DNA from: a virus
Taxonomy: Duplodnaviria; Caudoviricetes
Virus record (IMG/VR): IMGVR_UViG_3300037424_000224
Location: 1 to 64,000 of that record
Reading direction: 5' to 3' (one strand)
DNA: 64,000 nt
Shown here one piece after another: positions 18,546 through 27,407 of the stretch. A program made the translations under genes and the position numbers. The notes under the pieces are model-generated. The model was given only the letters and a program-made list of their open reading frames with translations, was not told the DNA's origin and ran no database searches. The first letter of the stretch is position 1; each line of letters opens with the position of its first letter.

Positions 18546-18932
18546 TTAATGTCCTAACTCTTTAACAATAATTTCCCTTGGTAACCATACTATACTCCAA
18601 TGAAACTTAAAACCATCTACTATATCTTTTAATTCTCGAAGTCTAGGATAATTTATCTTCCATAGATTTTGTACTTGATTAACTAGTAATTTAGAATCTG
18701 AATAGATTGTATTATCATAAGCTGAGTCACCATACACTGCTAAAAATCCTAAACATCTAATTAAAGCCCAATACTCAGCTTCATTATTGGTTTTAGCATC
18801 TATAAAACTAAACTTCTTATCCCATTGTAATAAGTTTCCATCATTATCATAAACCTTAAAACTACAATAAGGATTACATTTTCTTATATTATCATAACCG
18901 CCGTCTACGTAGCAGATCATATTACAACTCAT
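18546..18932 (-). CDS. rnhA: Ribonuclease HI
   Basis: YVDGG, TNNEAEYWAL, SDSKLLVNQV, WLPRE. Confidence 0.88.
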   Translation of the reverse strand: MSCNMICYVDGGYDNIRKCNPYCSFKVYDNDGNLLQWDKKFSFIDAKTNNEAEYWALIRCLGFLAVYGDSAYDNTIYSDSKLLVNQVQNLWKINYPRLRELKDIVDGFKFHWSIVWLPREIIVKELGH

Positions 18933-19122
18933 GATTCACAAATAAAATTATAGGCCAACAAACCACAGTTATACATGCTAGAAGTATATACATGAATAAC
19001 CTATATGATATATCTGATAACTCACTTCTCTCATAATATATAAGTGAAATTAATGTGATTACCCCACCGAGTAAATAAATTTCAGCTAACAACTTTAATA
19101 AATCCATATTAAATCCTTCCAA
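18922..19122 (-). CDS. Small membrane protein
   Basis: Two hydrophobic segments. Confidence 0.55.
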   Translation of the reverse strand: MEGFNMDLLKLLAEIYLLGGVITLISLIYYERSELSDISYRLFMYILLACITVVCWPIILFVNHEL

Positions 19123-19346
19123 AAACTATAAATATAGTAGCAACTACTATACATAGTAATAATATTACTACTAAACAGGGTATAACTATTTTAGATGTAA
19201 AATTCATTTCTTTTTACTCATTTCCTTTAACATTTTTTGTAACTTATGAATTGAAAACTTACATAACTGAGCTATGTCTGACATATCTTCAATCTTTTTA
19301 ATAATTTTATCTATTTCTTTTGTATTATTTTTCATAGACTTTCTTT

Positions 19347-19378
19347 AACATCGGAAGAATTTAAATTCTTCCGATGTT
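19347..19378. repeat. Perfect 32-bp palindrome with no spacer
   Basis: AACATCGGAAGAATTT|AAATTCTTCCGATGTT. Confidence 0.95.
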
Positions 19379-19614
19379 CAGTTTTAATTTTTTTATTTTC
19401 TAATTATTTACTTACTAATGAAAGCGAAAGCTCCTAGCTCCCAAACCAAAATTCTTTCATTAGTTACAACATGAAATCAAGCGTTTTATAGCAAAACGTA
19501 CTCAAAATTAAAACATACGAATTTCACGTAAACCCGCTGACTAGACTGGCAGACGCAGCTTCCCACGCCAAAAATTTATATAAATTTCAGTTCGTCTTCC
19601 TGAAAGTTGTCACT

Positions 19615-19643
19615 ATTATAACACAGTTTGTTAAAACTGTCAA
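19615..19643 (-). promoter_or_regulatory. Leftward sigma70 promoter P1
   Basis: TTGACA-17-TATAAT with TG extension. Confidence 0.88.
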
Positions 19644-19716
19644 GTCCCGTATGGGGGTTGAACCCATAATCTCCACCGTGAGAGGGTGGTAGCTTATTCC
19701 ATTTGCCTAACGGGAC
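19643..19716 (-). tRNA. tRNA-Glu(CTC)
   Basis: Acceptor GTCCCGT/ACGGGAC, anticodon arm CCACC-CTCTCAC-GGTGG, T arm ATGGG-TTCAACC-CCCAT; 3' end overlaps the -35 box of P1. Confidence 0.88.
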
Positions 19717-19735
19717 AGCTTTCACTGCCGCCTCT

Positions 19736-19764
19736 ATTATAGCACAAAAGCTTCCACTTGTCAA
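19736..19764 (-). promoter_or_regulatory. Leftward sigma70 promoter P2
   Basis: TTGACAagtggaagcttttgtgcTATAAT. Confidence 0.88.
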
Positions 19765-19818
19765 GGGCAGTACAAAATCGCCTTGTGAGAGCTGGCGGCA
19801 GCTTTCTCGATTGGCAAC

Positions 19819-19847
19819 ATTATAGCACGTTTGTCGCAGCTTGTCAA
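19819..19847 (-). promoter_or_regulatory. Leftward sigma70 promoter P3
   Basis: TTGACAagctgcgacaaacgtgcTATAAT. Confidence 0.88.
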
Positions 19848-19999
19848 GAGCTGACACTATATTAGGGCTAAAACTGATGCCAAATGGCGGCATTGCCTAT
19901 ATTTTACACGCTAACGTGTAAAACTTAACTTGATTTTAACTAATTTTCGTAAAAGTCCCCCAAAAAGTGTTCTAAATCCACCTAATATAGTATAAAAGC

Positions 20000-20028
20000 T
20001 TGACAAATTAGTTAAAATGTGTTATAAT
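20000..20028 (+). promoter_or_regulatory. Rightward sigma70 promoter for the tRNAs and the right arm
   Basis: TTGACAaattagttaaaatgtgtTATAAT. Confidence 0.88.
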
Positions 20029-20036
20029 ATAAATAT

Positions 20037-20112
20037 TCCGGTGTCGTTCAATTGGACTAGGACAAATGACTCTGACTCATTAAATTTGGAGGTTCAAACC
20101 CTTCCACCGGAG
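20037..20112 (+). tRNA. tRNA-Gln(CTG)
   Basis: Acceptor TCCGGTG/CACCGGA, anticodon arm AATGA-CTCTGAC-TCATT, T loop TTCAAAC; no CCA. Confidence 0.88.
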
Positions 20113-20115
20113 CTT

Positions 20116-20198
20116 GGGCAAGTGACGTAATGGTAGACGTGCTACGCTTAGACCGTAGTGACCGAAAGGTCGTAGAGGTTCAAGTCCTCTCTAGCCCA
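20116..20198 (+). tRNA. tRNA-Leu(TAG), long variable arm
   Basis: CTACG-CTTAGAC-CGTAG, variable arm GACC-GAAA-GGTC, T arm AGAGG/CCTCT; one acceptor mismatch; no CCA. Confidence 0.88.
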
Positions 20199-20202
20199 CT
20201 AT

Positions 20203-20664
20203 ATGAAAAAAATAATTTTTATATTTATAGTATTGACGTTTATGTTTCCAACAGTTGTATTAGCAAAGGAAGCGGATATTGATGTTAAGTTACCTAAGTG
20301 GGCGACCCCTGAATGTATACTTACTATTTACAGGATAGTCCAGCATGAAACTGGCAACATGAAATCTGATGAGGTATTTAGTTTCATGACAACTCAAATA
20401 GTACATGACATACACAGATTGGGCTGTAAAAACTTAACTCAGTGGCGATGGTCTATTGGATATTATCCAGAGTCTAAAGTATCTAATCAAGTTAGACTAG
20501 CAGTATTAAAAACAATTTTATATCCGCAAGACTTTCCTATTTGCAACTTTATAGGAAATATGCACGACAGAATAGTGTGGAAATCTTATGGTTATGATGT
20601 TACTATAGGATATAGTAAAACAATAAATTCATTAACGGTGGTAGGTGTAGGATGCAAACATTAA
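20203..20664 (+). CDS. Secreted protein, possibly cell-wall hydrolase (SleB-like)
   Basis: Signal peptide; TIYRIVQHETG resembles the SleB LARxxxxEA motif. Confidence 0.45.
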   Translation: MKKIIFIFIVLTFMFPTVVLAKEADIDVKLPKWATPECILTIYRIVQHETGNMKSDEVFSFMTTQIVHDIHRLGCKNLTQWRWSIGYYPESKVSNQVRLAVLKTILYPQDFPICNFIGNMHDRIVWKSYGYDVTIGYSKTINSLTVVGVGCKH

Positions 20665-20810
20665 AACTAAATAAAATAAATAGAGCATTTATTTCCGCTC
20701 TATTGGCATTGGTACTTTTATTACCAGTGTTTGCCTCATGTGTCGAAAGCGACCCACAACAGGGTATGCCTGGTCATATGGTATCTCCAAATATTACTTT
20801 AGGCAAGTAA
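20652..20810 (+). CDS. 52-aa putative lipoprotein (not in ORF track)
   Basis: MQTLKLNKINRAFISALLALVLLLPVFAS|C lipobox-like signal. Confidence 0.5.
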   Translation: MQTLKLNKINRAFISALLALVLLLPVFASCVESDPQQGMPGHMVSPNITLGK

Positions 20811-20887
20811 TTTGATAATTTAATTTAGACTACGCTCAGCAAACATACAAAAATTTTATTGGAAAATTAAAAACGTAGTCTGTATTC

Positions 20888-20958
20888 GCTCTTATAGTAT
20901 AGTGATATTATAATTGATTTGTAATCTATAGACGTAGGTTTGATTCCTACTGAGAGCT
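20888..20958 (+). tRNA. tRNA-Thr(TGT), degenerate
   Basis: Acceptor GCTCTTA/TGAGAGC, loop TTTGTAA, T arm GTAGG/CCTAC with TTTGATT in place of TTCG; anticodon stem mismatch. Confidence 0.6.
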
Positions 20959-21560
20959 TAGAGGTAAGTATGGATAAAGAGCTAAGACATAGTAAACATT
21001 CTTGGTACGAGTGTCCAGAATGTGCTAGAAAATGGTTACAAAAGTTTCCTCAAGATACATTACTTTATATGGAATATCTTGAAGATGAAATAAATACATT
21101 AATAGAGACTATATGGAAGTTAAAAACAGATGCCAAAAATAATTCAAGGTAATCAAGTATATGAATGTAAATTCTGCTCTAAACGGTTTAAAGACCTATT
21201 AGATGCTAGAAATTGTGAAGCAACACATGATATAGTCTATGTCCCATTTGAGAGACAGGATTTAAAGCGATTGACTTTATTCATTAACACTGGTGAGGTT
21301 GAAGTTTTGACCAATAGTCTGCTTAATACAATTATGAAGTATAATGGCTTAAAGCAAGAATGATATGTGCTAACCCTAAATGTCTCAAAGAGATACAGGT
21401 AACAGCGAGCTATCGAATACTGGCTTTTGACCGACCATATATTAATTTGTACTTTCATGTAGATTGTGTAGTAGATGAAGAAGAATCTTTTGAAATAATA
21501 AGGAATTTAAGTAAAAATGAAGGTAAAAGTAATAAACGAAACTGGGTACATAGAAAGTGA
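20940..21560 (+). other. Three small Cys/His zinc-binding hypothetical ORFs (20940-21152, 21130-21363, 21360-21560)
   Basis: CPEC; C2H2-like YECKFCSKRF..CEATH; CANPKC..HVDC. The first probably starts near 20970, after the tRNA. Confidence 0.6.
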
Positions 21561-22132
21561 TTAAAGCATGTGAATTTTGTAATAAAAAATTTAAAACTTT
21601 TTCTAGTCAAGTAAAATTACGTGGCGGAAAGTTTTGTAGCCGTAAATGTTACTATGCAAGCAAAAAATCATATGTTACGTGTATAGTGTGCGGAAAACTA
21701 TATGGACTAGGTAGAGAACATAGGAATAACGGGGGTAATAAATTTTGTTCGTCTAAATGTCAACATATTAATCAACAAAAAACTAAAATATTATTAAAAT
21801 GCTTAGAGTGTAATATATATTTCTATGTTTCTCCATCTAAACTTTCTCAAAAGTTTTGTAGTAAAAATTGTGCTAACAAATATAAAACATTAGATATAGT
21901 TGGAGATTATCCAAAAGAATTTTATAAGATACGTAAAATTATTTTAAAAGAAGCAAATAATAAATGTTTAATATGTAATGAATTTGCAAATAATGTTCAT
22001 CACGTAAATTATAATAAAATGGATAGTTCAGAACTCAACCTAGTTGCTCTATGTAGTAGTTGTCATGCTAAAACTAATTATAATAGGAATTTTTGGGAAA
22101 TAAGAATAAATTGGATAATAGGATGCGTATAA
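21557..22132 (+). CDS. Free-standing HNH endonuclease with N-terminal zinc-ribbon repeats
   Basis: Three CxxC..KFCSxxC repeats; HHVNYNK..NLVALCSSCH. Confidence 0.85.
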   Translation: MIKACEFCNKKFKTFSSQVKLRGGKFCSRKCYYASKKSYVTCIVCGKLYGLGREHRNNGGNKFCSSKCQHINQQKTKILLKCLECNIYFYVSPSKLSQKFCSKNCANKYKTLDIVGDYPKEFYKIRKIILKEANNKCLICNEFANNVHHVNYNKMDSSELNLVALCSSCHAKTNYNRNFWEIRINWIIGCV

Positions 22133-22689
22133 AAATATTACAAGAATGTGGGTTTGAATATGGTAAGTTAGGAACTTCATTAAGTAGACTACAGGATTTA
22201 GAAAATATGGATAGAGTCTGTACTAACCTATCTGATAAAGACGGTGGGCATAATAAGTTTTTGGAATTTATTTCAGTTTGGATAGATATACAGGCTCCTA
22301 GGTATTTTTGGCAACAAATGTCTACATACAGAATTGGTAATTCTTGGTTAAGTGAATCAACTATGTACACTATTACTAAGAGTTCACTATCTCAAGATAG
22401 TTTTGAGCAACATATTTGTCAAGATACATTAAATTATCTAAATAACTTAATTGAAATTTATAATAAATCTAATAATAAAGAGTACAAAATACAAATTTTT
22501 GATGGGATTAAAAATAATCTTCCAGAAGGATTTATACAAAGGCGAATAATGGTTTCAAACTATAAAGCATTAAGAAATATAGTATTACAAAGACAGCACC
22601 ATAAATTATTTGAATGGCATTATTTTTGTAATGAAGTTTTATCTCAAATTCAACACCCAAATTTTATTATAAAGGACTATCATGTTTGA
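22093..22689 (+). CDS. thyX: ThyX-like FAD-dependent thymidylate synthase (divergent)
   Basis: HNKFLEF, APRYFWQQ..YR..SESTMY, LPEGF, NYKALRNI..QR..H.L.EW. Confidence 0.7.
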   Translation: MGNKNKLDNRMRIKILQECGFEYGKLGTSLSRLQDLENMDRVCTNLSDKDGGHNKFLEFISVWIDIQAPRYFWQQMSTYRIGNSWLSESTMYTITKSSLSQDSFEQHICQDTLNYLNNLIEIYNKSNNKEYKIQIFDGIKNNLPEGFIQRRIMVSNYKALRNIVLQRQHHKLFEWHYFCNEVLSQIQHPNFIIKDYHV

Positions 22690-22976
22690 AACTTGTAAAT
22701 GCAGCCATTCATGGTTTAGTCATTCAATAGTTACCGGACACTGTGCTACTGGATGTGGTTGTTTATCATTTCGGGCAAAGATTAAATCCTTTTGTTTAAG
22801 GATATTAAAAGTATAATGGATGGACTATATGCTTTTGGTGGTATGGTATTTTTAATAACGCGTTAGAAAGGTCTTTATTTACTATGGAAATGTGGAAATA
22901 TACCAGTTGTTAAAGAAAGAGATAGAAAAGCAATGACTATATTAGTTAAAGAAATCTTAAATTACAAAGGTAATAA

Positions 22977-23375
22977 ATGAAAAATAGATTAGTACAACAC
23001 GATAATTGGGCTACTCCAAAAGAAGTCTATGAGGAATTAGACAATGAGTTTCATTTTGATTTTGATCCCTGTCCACTTAACTACATAGAGGATGGTACAA
23101 AATCAGAGTGGGGAAAGTCAAACTTTATTAATCCCCCATATTCAAGAAAATTAAAAGAAGCATTTATATTAAAGGCATTTGAGGAAAGTAAAAAAGGTAA
23201 AATCTGTGTGATGCTTCTGCCAGTATCTACGTCAACTAAGATTTTTCATGAAGTTATACTCCCTAATTCCGAAATTAGATTTAGACGTGGACGAATTAAC
23301 TTTCTAGCTAACGGACTACCAAATGATCGGTATAAATCTGGTCAAATGGATAGTATGATAGTAATATTTAAATAG
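22977..23375 (+). CDS. Phage-type DNA N6-adenine methyltransferase
   Basis: W.TP, FDFDPC, NPPYS, LLPVSTST, RGRINF. Confidence 0.85.
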   Translation: MKNRLVQHDNWATPKEVYEELDNEFHFDFDPCPLNYIEDGTKSEWGKSNFINPPYSRKLKEAFILKAFEESKKGKICVMLLPVSTSTKIFHEVILPNSEIRFRRGRINFLANGLPNDRYKSGQMDSMIVIFK

Positions 23376-23527
23376 AGGATAGATGAAAATTGACTATAGT
23401 GGGCTGTACCGAGCTCAGAACCGCGACAATAAAATTCGTAAGCGTAAGAAACTAGAGATGACCAGAGATGGTGATTCAGTTAAACTTCTAGATAAGTTAC
23501 ATAGGGAAAGGATTAAAAAGGCACAGG

Positions 23528-24316
23528 ATGAGTTACAAGATATATAATGCGGACAGTAGAGATTGTGCAAAGTATCTAGACCAAGATTTACAAGTAGATT
23601 TAGTAGTAACTTCACCGCCTTATAATATTGGTGAAAAGTACGAGGATTACATTAAAGGTGACGAAGCTTATTGGAAACTTATTAAAGATGTATTCACATC
23701 TATCAATCCGTATATCAAACCATACGGCAAGGTGGCTATTAATTTTAATGATAGATACGCTAATGCTGGTATTCTTGGGCGTGTTTGTGAGATTCCTTAT
23801 ATTTCTAATTATCAAAATATAATGACCTCTTTAGGATATGATTTGTGGGGGCGTATTATATGGGACAAAAAGATTAGAGTTGCGAATAAAGACCGTCATA
23901 TTACAGCAAAATCACGATTTGAAGGACAGATGAGAATTAGTCCTAATTGGGAATATATCTTTATATGGAGAAAACATGGCGAAGGTAAACCTGAAATTAA
24001 AGACATTCAACTCTCACCACAGGAGTGGTCAGATTTCGTTGATGGTGTATGGGAAATTTCACCAGTCAATAAGAAAAAGGACGAAGATGGTGAAGTCGGT
24101 CGCTTCCCAATGGAGATTCCTCGCAGGCTTACGAAAATGTACACAGTTAGAGGTGACACAGTTCTTGACCCATTTATGGGTACCGGAACTACTCTCAAAG
24201 CAGCCTGTGAACTTGACCGTATTGGTATCGGAATTGAAAAAATGTCAGAAACGGTACAAATCGCCCTTAAAGAATTAAAAGATTATGAAGGACAGGCATG
24301 GGAAATAAATGATTGA
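23528..24316 (+). CDS. Beta-class amino-DNA methyltransferase (probably m4C)
   Basis: VDLVVTSPPY precedes VLDPFMGTGTT. Confidence 0.9.
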   Translation: MSYKIYNADSRDCAKYLDQDLQVDLVVTSPPYNIGEKYEDYIKGDEAYWKLIKDVFTSINPYIKPYGKVAINFNDRYANAGILGRVCEIPYISNYQNIMTSLGYDLWGRIIWDKKIRVANKDRHITAKSRFEGQMRISPNWEYIFIWRKHGEGKPEIKDIQLSPQEWSDFVDGVWEISPVNKKKDEDGEVGRFPMEIPRRLTKMYTVRGDTVLDPFMGTGTTLKAACELDRIGIGIEKMSETVQIALKELKDYEGQAWEIND

Positions 24317-24971
24317 AGAAGAAAAACCTAAGAAAATGAATGTTAGTATGAAACAGCTTATGGTACTTAAACAATATCAAGGTATGTCCGAGGAAGAAGT
24401 CTTTGAAAAGTGGCTGGAAGGTAAGAATAAAGACCACTATCGAATCCAAATCCTAAAGGACAAAATGGCTGAGGATTATGACCTTACTGACTTAAATGCT
24501 AATGATAAAGCTTCTCTAGACGACCTTTGTACTCTCTATATTCGAGTTGAAGATATGGATAGAAAGATTGCAGACGAAATGGAGAAAGATGAGCCGGATA
24601 TGTACAATATCCAAAATATGAGTAAAACTCTTAGTCAGTGGCGAGATTCAATTTCTCGTATTCAAGTTGACTTAAATATTACTCGTAAAGCTCGTAAAGG
24701 CGACAATGAAACTTCAGTTGTAGCAGAGTTTAATAGTGTCAAAGAACGAGCTTCTAAAATGTTAGATGAGAGACTCAGTTATATTTACTGTGAGAAGTGT
24801 AACATGCTCTTGTCTACTTCTTGGTTTCTATACCCCGATGATAGTAATTCAATTACAGTGACTTGTGTTAGAGAAACTAATGGAAAGAAGTGTGGCTATC
24901 GAACTACAGTTTCATCTAAGTTCCTAAAAGAACATAGGAATATAAATCTGGACGATAAGTTACCGGTCTAA
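24309..24971 (+). CDS. Probable terminase small subunit with a C-terminal zinc ribbon
   Basis: Helical, LNITRKARK motif, CxxC..CxxxxxxxxC; first gene of the packaging block. Confidence 0.5.
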   Translation: MIEEEKPKKMNVSMKQLMVLKQYQGMSEEEVFEKWLEGKNKDHYRIQILKDKMAEDYDLTDLNANDKASLDDLCTLYIRVEDMDRKIADEMEKDEPDMYNIQNMSKTLSQWRDSISRIQVDLNITRKARKGDNETSVVAEFNSVKERASKMLDERLSYIYCEKCNMLLSTSWFLYPDDSNSITVTCVRETNGKKCGYRTTVSSKFLKEHRNINLDDKLPV

Positions 24972-24981
24972 AGGAAATTTT

Positions 24982-25305
24982 ATGAATATAGTAATACTAG
25001 GTACAAACGGAATAGATTTAGAATGGCTTCAATTAATTTCAAATTCTACAGTATGTATTATTGAAGAACAACAACCAAATGAGGATTTAGAAAAATTAGA
25101 ATCTGTTCATAGACTTCTTTATGAATTAGTTAATAATCACAATGTAGATTTAAGGATTATAGAAAATCACCCATTAGACCCTAAAGTAATTTACACAGTT
25201 CAACAAGTATGTAATCCCATTGACAGATTGGAAATTAATACTAATTTCCCAGAAAATCAGCTAGAAGTTATTCATCAATACTATAGCGAGATATTAAGGA
25301 AATAA
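24982..25305 (+). CDS. Hypothetical protein at the head of the glycosylation cluster
   Basis: ORF in operon. Confidence 0.55.
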   Translation: MNIVILGTNGIDLEWLQLISNSTVCIIEEQQPNEDLEKLESVHRLLYELVNNHNVDLRIIENHPLDPKVIYTVQQVCNPIDRLEINTNFPENQLEVIHQYYSEILRK

Positions 25306-25306
25306 T

Positions 25307-26032
25307 ATGGCAGATTGTATTTCATGTTTTTATGTTGACCAAAAAGAAGAGATGGAACGGATGATGAAAATGTTAGGTTATTTTCATCCAGAAGTTACTA
25401 TTGAAGCAATGAATTATAAAGACCTACAACGTATAGGAATTACTGACTTAGCATTTTCATATTCTAAGATTGGCAGAGCACTCTACAACCAGTATAATAC
25501 TATTACCCATATTGACGCTGATGTACTTATTGTAGACAAACTAGATGAGTTGTTTGACGACTCAACAGATGCCAGAGCAGGTAGATGTAATAGTGATACT
25601 AATCTAGCTGGTACAAATATTGGATTTGCGTGGGACGGTATTCCGTGGCAAAAGTATTTAAATTCTGGAATTCACTCTATAACTGGACAAGTTTTTTGGG
25701 ACGCCTGGTATGCTGCTGATGTTGACCACATTACTTCCGCTCCACTAGGAGAAAATGGAACCTTTAATCAGATATTTTATAGTGGCAAATTTAGAACCAC
25801 CTTACTTGACCCAATTGAGCAACCAGTCCACTATGGCACTTCATGCCAGTATGGAACTAAAACACATTGGGATAGCTGGAAAGAAATTAAAGTAATCAAC
25901 GATCATCTTGAGATTAATAATAAACGCATTAAGATGTTACATATTGCTGGTGGTGGAACTCACAAACCAGAATTAAATACGTTATTTAATCCAGATGTAT
26001 TAGATTTTATTAATATTATTATAAAAGGTTAG
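25307..26032 (+). CDS. GT-A glycosyltransferase (GT8-like)
   Basis: HIDADVL (DxD), YLNSG, late LHIAG histidine. Confidence 0.7.
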   Translation: MADCISCFYVDQKEEMERMMKMLGYFHPEVTIEAMNYKDLQRIGITDLAFSYSKIGRALYNQYNTITHIDADVLIVDKLDELFDDSTDARAGRCNSDTNLAGTNIGFAWDGIPWQKYLNSGIHSITGQVFWDAWYAADVDHITSAPLGENGTFNQIFYSGKFRTTLLDPIEQPVHYGTSCQYGTKTHWDSWKEIKVINDHLEINNKRIKMLHIAGGGTHKPELNTLFNPDVLDFINIIIKG

Positions 26033-26038
26033 GGATAT

Positions 26039-26890
26039 ATGCGAGTTTTTTACGAGGTGTTGCCAACTACTTTAGGTAGAGCAATGTATAGAATTAATGC
26101 CGGATTAAAAAAGTACGCTCCTGAATGGGTGCATTTTATTAATGACCCAGAAAGTGCAGACGTACAAATTCAAGATTGTATAGGAGCAGGAAGTTTACCA
26201 TTTATTAGGAATAAAAATCATATCCTTTTACAGGAGTGCTTAATGACTGAAATAGCACCACCAGACTGGTTACCATACTTTAAGGAAGCCAAGTTAGTCG
26301 TGAGTTATTTAAATATTCCTAAGATTATTGGTTCATCAGATTTTAACTTTTTAAGAAATCCTTGTGGAGTAGACCCAGAAATATGGTTTAAAATTCCAGA
26401 GGCCACAAAACATATTACTTTTATGACAACTGGATACGTAGCTGAGACTGAATCCATTAAAGAAATCTATAGTGCAGTAAATAAGGTCGGTGGAAGAGTC
26501 GCCCACGTAGGAAAAGATTTTAAATATGGAATAAATTTTCACCATTCTGAAAATTTATCAGATGAGGCCATGAGGTACTTATATAACAGTTCTTATTACA
26601 TTTCTGGTCTAAGAAGAGCAGAAGGATTTGAACTATCAGTTCTTGAAGGACTTCTTTGCGGTGCTCGTGGAGTTTCTTTTAACGCAGAACACTATTCTTA
26701 TTGGTTTGAAGATTTGGTAGAGTATATAGAGGAAAAAGATTCACAATCAGTTACAGAACAAATACAAGATTTACTTATAAATAAACTTTATCGTCCAGTA
26801 TCTGACAGTGAAATATCTTTTGTAAAAAATAAGTTTTCGTGGGAAACAGTGTCCAGGAATTTCTGGTCAGGAGTTAAAAATGCCATATAA
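26039..26890 (+). CDS. GT-B glycosyltransferase (GT4-like)
   Basis: PCGVD..WF, EGFELSVLEGLLCG (EX7E), FSWETV. Confidence 0.85.
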   Translation: MRVFYEVLPTTLGRAMYRINAGLKKYAPEWVHFINDPESADVQIQDCIGAGSLPFIRNKNHILLQECLMTEIAPPDWLPYFKEAKLVVSYLNIPKIIGSSDFNFLRNPCGVDPEIWFKIPEATKHITFMTTGYVAETESIKEIYSAVNKVGGRVAHVGKDFKYGINFHHSENLSDEAMRYLYNSSYYISGLRRAEGFELSVLEGLLCGARGVSFNAEHYSYWFEDLVEYIEEKDSQSVTEQIQDLLINKLYRPVSDSEISFVKNKFSWETVSRNFWSGVKNAI

Positions 26891-27404
26891 AGTTGAGTGT
26901 GGTTCGGGATACCACCCAGATTTGTCGTTCGACGTACACATCGACCTAAATCCTAACTGTCCACATTTAGAGTATGTTCACAGTGTAGATAAGTTGGAAA
27001 TGTTTGAGAATAATTCAGTTGACGAGATAAGAGCTTGTGACGTATTAGAACATTTTTCTTATAGAGATACTATTCGAGTATTAAAAGAGTGGCTTAGAGT
27101 CTTGGTACCTGGTGGAAAGGTCTATATTCAAACTCCTAATGCCAAATTATTAGCCGAGAGATGGCTAAAGAACGATTTACCATTAATGGATGGTATGCCC
27201 ATAGATTTTTCAGCTTCTTATTGGATTATGGGTGGACAGAATGACCATAATTTTGCTACTGATGGTGACGATTGGCGGTTGAATGCACACTATACAATGT
27301 TTTCACCAGAATCCGTTGCATTTTATCTAAGATGTGCAGGATTTTCTAGGTGGGATATTCAATCAGATGGAGGCTCAAATATGATGATTTGGGCTTATAA
27401 ATAA
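26880..27404 (+). CDS. Class I SAM-dependent methyltransferase, of the type found in glycan loci
   Basis: VECGSG, VDEIRACDVLEHF, WLRVLVPGG. Confidence 0.85.
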   Translation: MPYKVECGSGYHPDLSFDVHIDLNPNCPHLEYVHSVDKLEMFENNSVDEIRACDVLEHFSYRDTIRVLKEWLRVLVPGGKVYIQTPNAKLLAERWLKNDLPLMDGMPIDFSASYWIMGGQNDHNFATDGDDWRLNAHYTMFSPESVAFYLRCAGFSRWDIQSDGGSNMMIWAYK

Positions 27405-27407
27405 TGT

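Noticed and set aside
19576-19893. 105-aa minus-strand ORF in the track
   Set aside because: It is the read-through of three promoters and tRNA-Glu (the LDK..CYN translation pattern of TTGACA..TGnTATAAT)
4241-20958. HDV-like theta ribozymes downstream of tRNAs
   Set aside because: The 3' flanks are RBS or promoter sequence with no nested double-pseudoknot pattern visible
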